DNA of 64,000 nt, from positions 32,426,001 to 32,490,000 of the forward strand of contig OZ260663.1 in the NCBI GenBank assembly GCA_965285935.1, read 5' to 3'. The stretch's first letter is position 1. Every line of letters starts with the position of its first letter. Of the stretch, positions 36,801-48,800 are shown in pieces. The translations under genes and the position numbers were made by a program. The notes under the pieces are model-generated. The model was not told the origin of the DNA and did not search any database. It saw only the letters and a list, made by a program, of their open reading frames with translations. The DNA is from Ophelia neglecta (lineage: Eukaryota).

Positions 36801-39800
36801 GTGAATAAACGGCAAAGTCTGCTGACAGGCTGCAAGTCAGCTACAGTAACTGTCCCAAGCCTGACACCATTCCAATGTCTGTTGTCAGGCTGCAAGTCAG
36901 CTGCAGTAACTGTTACAAGGCTGACACCATATCAAAGTCAGCTGACAGGCTGCAAGTCAGCTGCAGTAACTGTCTTAAGGCTGACCACATGACCAATGTC
37001 TGCTGGCAGGCTGCAAGTCAGCTGCAGTAACTGTCTCAAGCCTGACACCATATTAAAGTTTGCTGGCAGACTGCAAGTCAGTTTTAGAAGTTGTGATAAG
37101 ACTGACACTGATGCAAAGTTATATACAATTGCAGCATGTCCCCCATTTCTGCAAAACAGGCGGTATGCAACAAACATATCTTTTGGTATGCATTTTATAT
37201 TATCATATCTACTTAATTCTCAAATATCGTCAATTGTCTGACTGTATTTATCTATGGCCTTTATGGATCTGACATATTAAGTGTGCATTGTTACTTGTCT
37301 TTTTGTGCATTGCCCATAATATTAAATTAGACTATATACATTGTACTTATGTGTAAAAATCACAGTAAGATGGGGGGGGGGGGGGGGGGGAGAGGGGGCC
37401 AGGTGTCTTAAAAGAATACTCTGCCTGATGAAAAATGACATCATGCCTATGTCTGGCAGATGGTCTATGGACCTGTAAACTATCAAGTTCAACTGTCTTT
37501 GATTCTGATTGCACCATACTGGTTATAGACTGAAGAACTGAAAACAAGAAGGTAAAAGTTGACTTCGAAATGCAGGTCAAATATGGCAGACCTGTAGTTT
37601 GAATGAAGAACAACTGTAAGCACATGCAACGGGCATCCAGCTCCACTGTTTAGCACTATCAAGGCTCATTTCTGTAACAGACAGTATGTCAAAGTCGGTC
37701 AAAAAGCCCTATTTGCATATGAATATAATTTTTACAAATTGAATCAACTATTTCCAATTGATTGTTTATTGTTTATCTGTGGTAGCGCCTTTCTTTGAAG
37801 TTAGGAAAGAAGAGCTTCTGACACAGAGAGCAGATCACCAGGGTTGCCTTATGGCTTTGAGGGCCTTGTTGACTATATAAACATCACTATGAACCATAGA
37901 ACTCGCCCCATAGCCATTTAACTTGGCTAAGTTGATGTAAGTTTATATATATATCTGTATATAGGCCTATATATATATATATATATGTATGTATATATAT
38001 ACATGTACTATAAAATGAACCTTATTACCTTTGGAAGACCTGGGCAGTCCAACCATCCACTGTACATGTTAGGTACAGATAAACCTTGCTCTCTGAAATG
38101 AAATTATTTCTGTGGAATTAATTGCATTACATATATTTTACAATACAACTAAGAACATGTACTTGGCAACTTAAAAACTAATGTTTGTTAATTGCAACAT
38201 CATCCACTTTATTATAAATTAAATAAAATGTATAGATCCATGGATAATGTTTAGATATACATGTAGGTATGTCTTGGCCCATAATGTTTGCGGTTTTGAC
38301 ACTCAACTTATTTTGCTGCCCTTTAATTTATGCATTTTAAAACTTACTGCAATAGCTGTTTTTGAAGGGTCTTTCTTTTAACAAGCCTTTCCTTTTGTGG
38401 TTTTAACCCTACTCAACAAAATTGTGAAAAAGGGCTCCAGAAAATTTTACAGTAATATATAGTGTATGGTGTTCCCAACTTACTTTAATCCTGGAAAGAA
38501 TTCAAACACCATGACCAGGAAATCCTAGAAATTAATAATGGCATGAATTAACAAATTCTGGTTTTGTTTTAATGATTTGATATGACCCAAATAATGTCGC
38601 TAAAACACCATTACTGGTAAAGCATATTAGGTGCTCAGAAAAAGCAGGTCCACACTTTATATAAGGACAAGTATGTCAAAAAAGATTAAACCTGCAGTAG
38701 CTAATGCAAGGGAGATAAAAGGACAAGATGAAAACATATGTGTCCATAGGACCTGGATGCCCCACTTTTCCTCCTTGTCAATCATTGGGCAGGAACTTTG
38801 GACACCATGGGCAGGGACTTTGGACACCATGGGCGGGGACTTTGGACACCATGGGCAGGGACTTTGGACACCATGGGCAGGGACTTTGGACACCATGGGC
38901 AGGGACTTTGACCTGTCAACCTCAAAATTGTTAGACCATCTTCTGGTCATGATTAAACTACCTACCAATTATGAGGACACTAGGCCTAAGAGTTCTCAGT
39001 TTATTCACTTGACAAGCATTTTTGTGATAATATTTATGGAGACCTTGCCTTTCATTAGTTGACCTCAAAACCGATAGGAATAGCCAAGCACTCTTTAGTT
39101 ATTGCTTGGTCAATTTTTAATTAATGGTTACAGGGACCTTGATAATTGACCTGTTGACCACAAAATCTTGGGAGCCATCTCCAGGTCATGGGAAACCTAC
39201 CTACAATGACCTTCACCTTTGACCTCAAAATTGATAGGGGTCATCTTCTTGCCATGACCGATCTACCTATAATGACCTTGACTTGCGTCCAGTTGTACTC
39301 AAATTTTATTCGAGTCATCTATTAGTCATGACCAACCAACCTACAAGTTTAAGGACACAAGGCCAAAGCCTTCTCTAGATATTGATTGGACAAGTTTTTT
39401 GTGTTGAAGGTCACTGTCACCTTGACCTTTTGACCACAAAATAAATAGGGGTCATCTATTTTTCATGACCAACCACCCTACCAAGTTTGAAGACACTAGA
39501 GCCAAGCCTTCCGTAGTTAATAATCATAAAACTTTGTTTTAGTTATTAAAGCTTCCTGTGACCTTTACCCTCTGACCTCAAATTTGTTACAGGTTATCTA
39601 CTCGTCATGACCAAATAATGAAAAAAGGATTATGTGCATGAAGGCATTGCTGAGCTACGGACATAGCAAAGTATCTATGGAACTATGGAAGTGCCTCAAG
39701 AATAGATGTATATTTCCCCAGTTTCCTTCCATAAAAGCTAGGCAAAAAAAATTCTAGGTCCTAAAAATACCATTACAACAGAATGGTTTGCCTGTGTCAA

Positions 39801-42800
39801 GCTATTTCATAGATAAAGCGTTAGTAGATTTAATCTTTTTTTTTTGGCCATTTTGCCGTTAAAAGAGTGCATAAAAATGTTCTTTATTGTATTCATTTCC
39901 TAATAAGAACATGACAATCACAATCAAATAGCCAGTGGGTGTTTATTAGGCACGTTACTTGCGTAGATACGATGTTTACAGGTATAAATAGATAGAGATA
40001 TAAAAAATATATAGATCTGCATGAGGTCTTTTTATTTGGTCAATACTTTCACTTTGTTGCACTTCATAAATAACATTATAGACTCTTAAAATGTGTAAGG
40101 AGCAGAGCTAGCTGGTCAGACACTACTTTCCACTACTTAGTCTTTCTCACTCTTAAAACACAAGAACTTGTATGGGGGGGGGGGGGGGGGACGGGGATGG
40201 GGGAGAGGGATACATAGGTGTGTGCAAGAGATGGTGATTCCTTGGGTTCAGGTATTGCCAGGAGATTGGAGCCCTATGGGGATCGGGACCAAGGATCAGG
40301 GAGGGTGGCAAGGATGTTAAGAAGTGTATCACATAGTATAGTATATGGCAGACTATTAACTTACATGAGAAGAAACCATTTGACCATGATGTCTGACCAC
40401 AGCATGGCATTGAAGGCAGCCACTCCGACAAGGTTGGAAAGATGACGAAGCAGAAAATAACCCTACGGGACAACAAATGAAAACCACAATGAATTGAGAT
40501 AAAAAGTCAAACGCTACTCTAAAATATATTACAAGCAACTCAATATCATTTTTACTGTTACAGTAGTAAACGGGGTCAGTCTTACCTGAAATTGAGAAAC
40601 CATTGTCATCCCTGATCCTAATTACTACAAAGGGTATTTTATTGGTTTGGCAGGAATATATTACATTTACAATGTTGGGCACTTCTATCCTCAGGTTATA
40701 AGGGTCAATGTTACCTTTTTTTCTTAGAATATATCTTTTTGTCCATTGGTTCCTGCACATATTGTCATTGTTAACATTTGCCCATGTTCTAAATGCTGGC
40801 AGGCCTATAAGTGTTAAAAGACATAAATAGACCAGTGAAAAGACCTGTGAAAATGGTTGTGAAGAAATGTTGTATTGTCTTTAATGGTACTGCTATTTGT
40901 CGTTTGCACATTCAGACTGGCTGGGTGTTGATTGTCACATAAAGTCATATATCATGAATATACGCAAGTCATATTTCTATCAAAAACAGTTTTTATCTCA
41001 CTTAATCAATGGAATTATATCATTGTTTCATGTATGAAATTCTCCATTTTTATGTAAAAGATCCTAGACACCTTGTAATTAATGTCTTAACTAACAGTGC
41101 AGTTTTTACTGATTATGAATGTCAAATGCACAGTGTATGATGAATCAAAATGGAGGAGACTATCTCCTAGCACCATCTTGTCCTTGTTCTTATATACATG
41201 TATGAATAGCTGGGCTAAATACCGGTAAGGTCACCTGGTTACTCATTTGATATTGTACAGAGTTTCTTGTGTTAAGCAAGAAAGACATTTTGATTGATGA
41301 AGAAGTAAATTGTGTATACTACAAGTAGAGGAACACCATTTTCATGTCGACAGTACCATAGATTTTGTTGTATAATTCATTGGGAGGAATTGGTGAACAA
41401 TTCTCCAGCTTATAAATGCCACTGTTTTCATCATGTGAACAAGTGCTTGTACATGTGTCATTCTATGTACAGACAGGAAACTTGTACCCTTAGAAGTCAG
41501 CAGAACCAGTTTATGTGCACTGATCACCTCTGACCATACTACTAAAATGATGGCTTTTACAGGTTTATTGAAGTAGTATAAACCCATTATGATTATACTT
41601 TTTACATAAGGCCTTTATGGGGCATTGATGTAATTCACTATTTGCAGCATATTTTGCAGAAGGTTAAAAAATTGAAAATTCTTCTATATACCAAGCAGTA
41701 TCTAGAATAGCTACATGTTTGATATCAATCTTGCCTTGAGGTAGTGAACCTGATTAAAGAGCTTGTCTGGGTTGATTCCATTCTTTACGTACATCACCTC
41801 CCCTTCTCCCACCAATTTCTCTGGGTCTTCCCCTAGATTTGGCCTACACACAGAAAACTTAATTATCTGAGCTGTCAAGTATTTACACATTTGCATAGAA
41901 GTTGTGTAATTTACAAAACTTGAAGTAGTAACATACTAAAGTAGTTGACATTGACAATGATGTATTAGATTTTCCTACCTTAAGGTCTGCAGACTTTCAT
42001 CTGTGTTATCCAGTTCAGCCAGCAACACCCTGTACCGCAAATAGGCTCGCAGCTCACTTTGTTGATGGTATTCTCTTTCACTCCACTACATCAAACAATA
42101 TCCGTCATTAATAATATTGTAAAAAAAGTCAGATAGGGGCATAAAGGGAAACATAACTGAAAGAAATTGTGGTTGTTTTTAAATGACATCTGAGCGGCAG
42201 GATATTACTAAATGGCATTTGTAAATTTACTGTCCCAACAGCTATTAAACAAAAAGTATTTTCATTTTAACTCGAAGATATTTACTACAAGCCCATGTAT
42301 TACAGTAAATTCCTAACCTCCATGACTTTGGCATGTATAGAATCCTCTAAATATGTGGCGAAGCCCTCACTAAGCCACTCCTCTGTCCAATCTTTGGCCC
42401 CTATCAGCAGTCCCCACCAGAAGTGACTGATCTCATGGCCGACTTTTATGCACATACTCTGGTCGCCACACAACATTGACTGAGACAAGAATATCAGACT
42501 GGGGCTGCAAGTACAACAAATTTATACTTATAAGAAACATTAATTCCATGGAAATTACATATGTCAAGCTTCTGAATTGGGTGTAGGCCAAAGTGCAGGT
42601 GCTATAAAATGCATCTTTAGAGCCCTGCGGGAGGCTCATGTGTTGGGTGTAGTATAGTTACAAATATTGTTGGAAGTTTGCAATATTAACAAAGTGTTAA
42701 GCATATAAGTAAATAAATGCATAGTTCTGCACACCATTGCGTGAAGGGGAAATCTGTATACTCTTGTAATACTATCATAAGTGTGATAAAAAGGTTAATA

Positions 42801-45800
42801 ATTTTATTATTTCCTGTTTTGTTTGTGGGTTTAATACAGTGGCTACTAGGGCCTATAAAAACAGTACTAAACTGCTAACTACAAAGTACACAATATGATG
42901 TTTATTGCCCTCCAGTGAAGAAAAAGATATTTGTTTTTATCAATAATAAGGCACATAAAAATGCATGCCCAAACTTTTATCAATTATTTTACTAACTCAA
43001 AAATGTCATTCAAAATTGAAAATACAAAATATCTGAAAGGCAAAAAAAAGTTTGAACATTTTGCTGTACTACATAAGGTTATAGATATACTTCATTGCAA
43101 TCACAACTCCCAATTTTAATTCTCCCTTTTTCTCCTTATAATTTGTTCTCATTTTTGAAAAATCCTTTTCTCAATTATCTAAATGAATATAACCCCTTTC
43201 TAGGAAATAATATCAAACAAGGATAGCCTCTCAATTGGTTTGTAAATTATGCACATCTTCCCTGTATGGGCTCCAGTTGAAGACAATGCAGGCTTTATTA
43301 AACACAGTGTTTGTATTAAACAGTTCTTGGTTTCTGTATTTTTTGTTTTTTTTCACTGGGAAGAGTCAGTGAGTCTGAGTTAATCTCAGAAGCACTGCAA
43401 GCACACACCACCCATTCACATTAAAAAAGATGTTGACATGTAATAAAAGTGTGTATTAGGCACTAAAAAGATAATTAACTTATACCAAATAGATCAGCCA
43501 AATGCAATTTTTCATCATCTCGGGTTGTTGTCACAATGTTTCCAAGAGGAATACTGGGTGAAGCTTATCCTATCTTCACAGCATTAGATATATGTGGAGA
43601 CTGGCAATAATATCAGTACATATATGTGTTTGGTTAAAAAAAAGCTAGACTAGTTTATTCTAGGAGCCCCCCAAAAAAACCTCTTTATTATTCATAAAGG
43701 AGAGCAGACACCAGAATGGTGAAAAAGAAGTCCCCTTACTTCACATAGAAATGTACTTATGGGATGCATAGTAAGAATGCATAGTTTACTGATAAAATGA
43801 CTAAAGCTGAGTAAAAGAAAAGTCTACCAAAGTGACATGTAAATGTATTTGATTTGCTTGTTTTCTCTTTTCAGGGAAGAACACTGCAATCAGTAATAAA
43901 AATAGAACCATTTAGTTATTTAAAAGACAGCCAATACTTGTACCGGACTGATGACCTTGTGCCATCTATCACTTAAGTTGGTGATTAAATCAGCAATCAT
44001 TGACCTTGAAACAGTGCCAAAACAGTGCAAAAGTTTGGGTCATTGTTCCTACCACAACAAGGACTAATAATTGATATTTCGCCAAGTGGGCTGCAACTAC
44101 TTACTAAGATTACATGAAAACTGTATCAAATACGAAACCTGGACGAAAGGTTACTGACGATCATTACGAGGATGTTCAAGTTGACATTTTATCAAAAGGT
44201 CACCAAGTGTACGACCTAGCTACTTAAATGACCAGCATTATAGTACCCAACTTTACACATTTTATTTTCCATGCTTTAAGCTTTCTTCTAAGCAGTTATT
44301 GCATATACATGTATATGTTCATGTATATGTTCATGTAGTCTGTCAAAGAAATATAACAAGAAAATAAACTACCCGGTAATACAAAACATGTACATATGAA
44401 ATAAATGAAAATAACAGGACATTGGAGAATAATTTCAGACTATTCCCACACTTTCTATACGCAGAATTCTTGCATATCCATTATCTGCGCTGGCCGTAAA
44501 TGCTTTAAATAGATTAATTTTCTCGTAAGATGAAAGAACATGGAAAGCAGAGTGGCTTTACCAGACCAGGCCTGACAGTCAAGGAAAAGCACAATGTTCA
44601 CAACTCAGACTTACATAACCGTATAGTAAGCAAAACTTATTAAAATATGAACTTATCTCAAAAGAATTCCCGATAAAAGCCATTATTGGCAAAAAAAACA
44701 TGTTTCAGAACTTGGTCCTTGGAAATGCCATACAACAGTCAACAGGCACAGTAACTTCAGGAGACCATAGAACATTGATTGGTTCTTTTTCTCAGGTCAA
44801 AATCACAAGGCAAAAACTTGGGGCATGGTGATTCTGACACCCAGGGCATGTCAATTCTGCCAATTCTGACCAGGGGCTACCCAGCGTCACACGGTTTAAT
44901 AAATGCTCCGCAGAACACAGTGGTCCGGGGCACCATCTGGTTCATCATAAACATTGATTAGGTGATGTTGTGCAGTCTCTTTCTTACACCGCAAAGTTTG
45001 AACCAAACATCCGAGAATTGTGAGCAGATAAGTAGAAGAATGAGACTATGAATGCTCCCACCCATCAAGATAACATTGTGTACCACATTTCCACATTTTG
45101 ATAAAGAACTTTACACATAGAAACATAGTCCCACACCATAGTCGACTGGCATTCAAATAAACATTAGAGTTATCCCTTTAGCCTTAGAATTGCCATTACA
45201 CAAATTAAAATTCTAGTTGCCTAGAGTTGTAAATTAAATATGGGGCCATCCTATTAATTATATTAAGCCAATTTTTTTTAAGAACATGGTGCTTGGTTTT
45301 CAAACTTTGAATCAATTAAGGCACAAATTGAGTCCAATGGATACATTATTTGTCAACAATTGTATTCAAGGACATAAAAAATATACTCAAAATCTCAATA
45401 TAAACGCATCATAAATGCATAGAGCAATAATTATTATATGCAATTCCAGGGCATCAGACTCTCCACAGAATGAAGATGGTCCGAATGAAACAGGGGTGAA
45501 CATGGTGGGGGGATAGATGGAGACTTTGGTTAACACTACATGACATGTGTCCATTTCACCTGGGTCTATTTTATTCTCAGGTTTGACCACATACACATTC
45601 ATGCAGACCAAGCCATTATTTCACAGCACCAAAGATCTCATATCTGAAAACTAATCTGTCAGTTAGACAGATAAGATTCTAGGATGTCAGCTATCATGTT
45701 GGTGTGTTCTTGAGAATGTACATGTACATATATATGTATAATTCTCCTAGTCTTGTTTACTGAGGAGGATCCATGTGGTTAGAATGTGGTATAATTTAAT

Positions 45801-48800
45801 ACTTCAGCTAGTATAACACCCTTTAACATACATATCTGATTCGATCTGGCCAGAAACATAAGGACTGATGCCACAGAACACAGTCTGTGATACACCCTCT
45901 GCCATTCAAAATAATTTTGGTAATGAGGAACACTTCAAAACCTAAGTGAAGTGAAAAAATTGATGAATCAAGGTATAAAGCATGATTTGATGGGTCCACT
46001 GCATGGTCATCAATTAGTAAATTATACAAAAAGAAGCCTAGAAATCACTACAGGAGGAGTGGAATGGTAGAGGCAGGCATCCACACCAGTAATCATCTAG
46101 GACCCTACCGGACACATCCAGCCTGGATGCAACTTTAACCGATGCATCATATGCAAATTAGAGGCCGTTTTGCTATCATTGCTCACAAATATGACATTTA
46201 TCCAAGTTTTCTCACTGTAGGTTTTGAAAGCAGGCATACCTTTGGATATAGAGTTTTCACTTTATTGACTTTAACTCCTCTTGGTGGCAAGTTTGGCAGT
46301 TGGCACCCCCAGCTTACCCTCCAAATGTAAATTGGGGACAATTATTTTACTGTAATAACACATAAATTGGATTTACTTTCAAAATAATTCCATTTTAATT
46401 AATGATTGTATCATCCAGACTAGATGGAGGCTAGTTAGTATGCGAATAAACACTGTTATACTGTTTACCCCATTATTGTACCTTTTCTTCTTATAGCTCT
46501 TAAATCCTTGGATATTTTATTTATTAAACAGGTGTTTCATCAAAATGTGCTGTGCAAATTACACCCAAAGGGAAACAATTCTTTCAACCTCAAATATACT
46601 TATTAGGGACCAACATTTACCATAATTGTAAAGTGAAATCTGTGCTTGTGGTCTCCCGTGTAATAACTTCACCTGTCCACTAAGGTCAACTAGATAATAG
46701 TGAACGTCAATAATTATTTTAACTTAATTTCCAAAATTCCTCCTTTGCATTTGTAAAGGCAGGGTCAATATTTAAGCATAGCATCACTATCATCGTCTTG
46801 GAGCCAATCTAGTTACAACCTGCCATGGTGTTTTTTTATACAATTATGTTAAATAAGATGGGGGAGGGGGGTATAATAATTATTGATCACCATTGGGGGG
46901 GGGGGGGTAAAATTGTTAATGGTCTTCAGGGATTGGGTGGGAAGGAAATGAAAATCAGAAGGTGTGCTTACATGTAGGTCAAGAAAAAATGACACTAGGG
47001 GGTAGGGGTTCCAAAAAGACCAGGTCCGCCCCCCCCCCCCTGCAAAAATCAAAACAATAAAAACTTCATTTGTTCTGAAGATGCCACAAAAGTATATCTG
47101 ACAAAATTGCTGCTTTGTGAATAATCAATATGAATTGGGTGTGTTTTATAAATACTCACTTGCACATTGCCATGTCTTGACTGCAGCTTGGAAACAGCAC
47201 AAAGTCAATTCTATGAAATGGACTAGGACCAAGGAGGTGCTGGACACTTAAAATACATTTTGGCAAGTAATCTTTGAGTTCTTTAACCATTCTGTCCAGT
47301 AAAGTTTCTGGAGTGAACACCCTACATGGTATGAAGGCATCCTGGGCGTAAGTAATCTGGCATGGAGGCTGGTGAGTACAGGTAGGAAGTATGGACAAAC
47401 TGAAATAAATAGTGATTAATTCATTAAGAATCGGACATCCCTGCCCCTTACCTGCTTAGAGATATATTAAGTTGGTAAGTCTGCAAAGCACTTCACTCAT
47501 AAAGAACCAGGAGATTCAAATGCCCATCAAGAGATTGAAGCTTTCCATCTGCTCTGTCCAAACAGGCAGCAAGGTCAACATGAAAGGACTCAGTGACTTA
47601 TAACCAAGTGTGTTGTGGGGGGGGATATCAATATTTGACACAATAATATTGAAAATTGATAATAAAATTGATGCCCCCCCCCTTCCCCAGTGATTGAAAA
47701 AGAAGTGTAGATGCCAGCCGCCTCCAGTCCTGTCTAATTACAATCAAACTGTTCTTATTGATATTGAATATTGACACTCAGATTTTGTGGGAACAATATA
47801 GGGGAATTTCAATTGAATGAACTTGACCTTAAAAACCAGACCAAGGTCACAAAATTAAGATAACTATTTTATCATTTGCAATTGACTAGTTATGCACACC
47901 TAGCACTATCAGCCATTAAGAGGTACAACAATTTCGGTTAATCCAATTGACCTTACAATTGAAGCAAAAGTCACATGGAGATACCCATTAGATGGTGCCC
48001 TTCGAGCATGCGCATAATATAACTTCTAATTAAGGGTAAACACACTTGGTACATATATCTTACATCATTAAGCCATTGCAAGATTGCCACCTAAAGTTTA
48101 TCAGGAAATGTCAAGCTTATAACCCTTCCTCCTTGTCAATATCAGTCTCGCAGCAGCAACACATTTATGACCATATTTCTTGGACGGAGTTACACGTAGT
48201 ACAGTCTCAAGTCATGGGACTTGTTTTCTCAGACTTTGACAATAAACAATTAAGGGTCTTACTTTCCATTGTTTGCCCCTTGCCAAAGATCCATTTTTTA
48301 ACTGTATATTCTTGATAAGCTGCTTATACACCAGTCTACTGACTGCATTTATCAAGGGTAGGGGTCAGAGATTGCCAGCAGCACACCCCCAGTCAAATGT
48401 CAAGCCATTACCCCTCCCTCCAGCAACCCCTGGGCCTGTCATATATTATGTTGTACATTATATTTGTATATGTATATGAGGTTTAATCAAAAACATTTGA
48501 ATTGAAGGGATAAAATTCTAGGTATACCTATAATGGTGAGATGAGAGGTTATCATTTGCAGGCTGACAAATAGCTGCTGACTTCCAATACCCTACAGCTA
48601 TTGCTAGAGTGAAACTTGGTAAAGGCATGGAGCAGAAACTTGAGTGTTCAGACAAACCTGAAATGATGATACCGGTATTCAGATAAAAAACTTTTATAAA
48701 AATTTGCTACGGACCCATTTTGTTATTGAACGCTACATGTATCCAAAATTACACCAATTAGTCATTGAATTTATGCTCATCATACATTTCTACCTGACAA

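Noticed and set aside
33741-37081. CRISPR-like arrays
   Set aside because: Eukaryotic context, no unique spacers and no cas genes; these are plain tandem repeats.
37473-37537. Possible extra AOPEP exon (SITSMVQSESKTVELDSLQ)
   Set aside because: Weak donor (gtccat) and the better acceptor gives the wrong phase; exon 35788-35847 already fills the expected gap.
38631-39062. 143-aa ORF with WTPWAGTLDTMG repeats
   Set aside because: Product of the 22-bp minisatellite inside a dispersed repeat.
41342-41587. Intronic C/D snoRNA (ATGATGA on the minus strand)
   Set aside because: No suitably placed CTGA D box or terminal stem; the region looks more like a LINE remnant (WRIVHQFLPMN).
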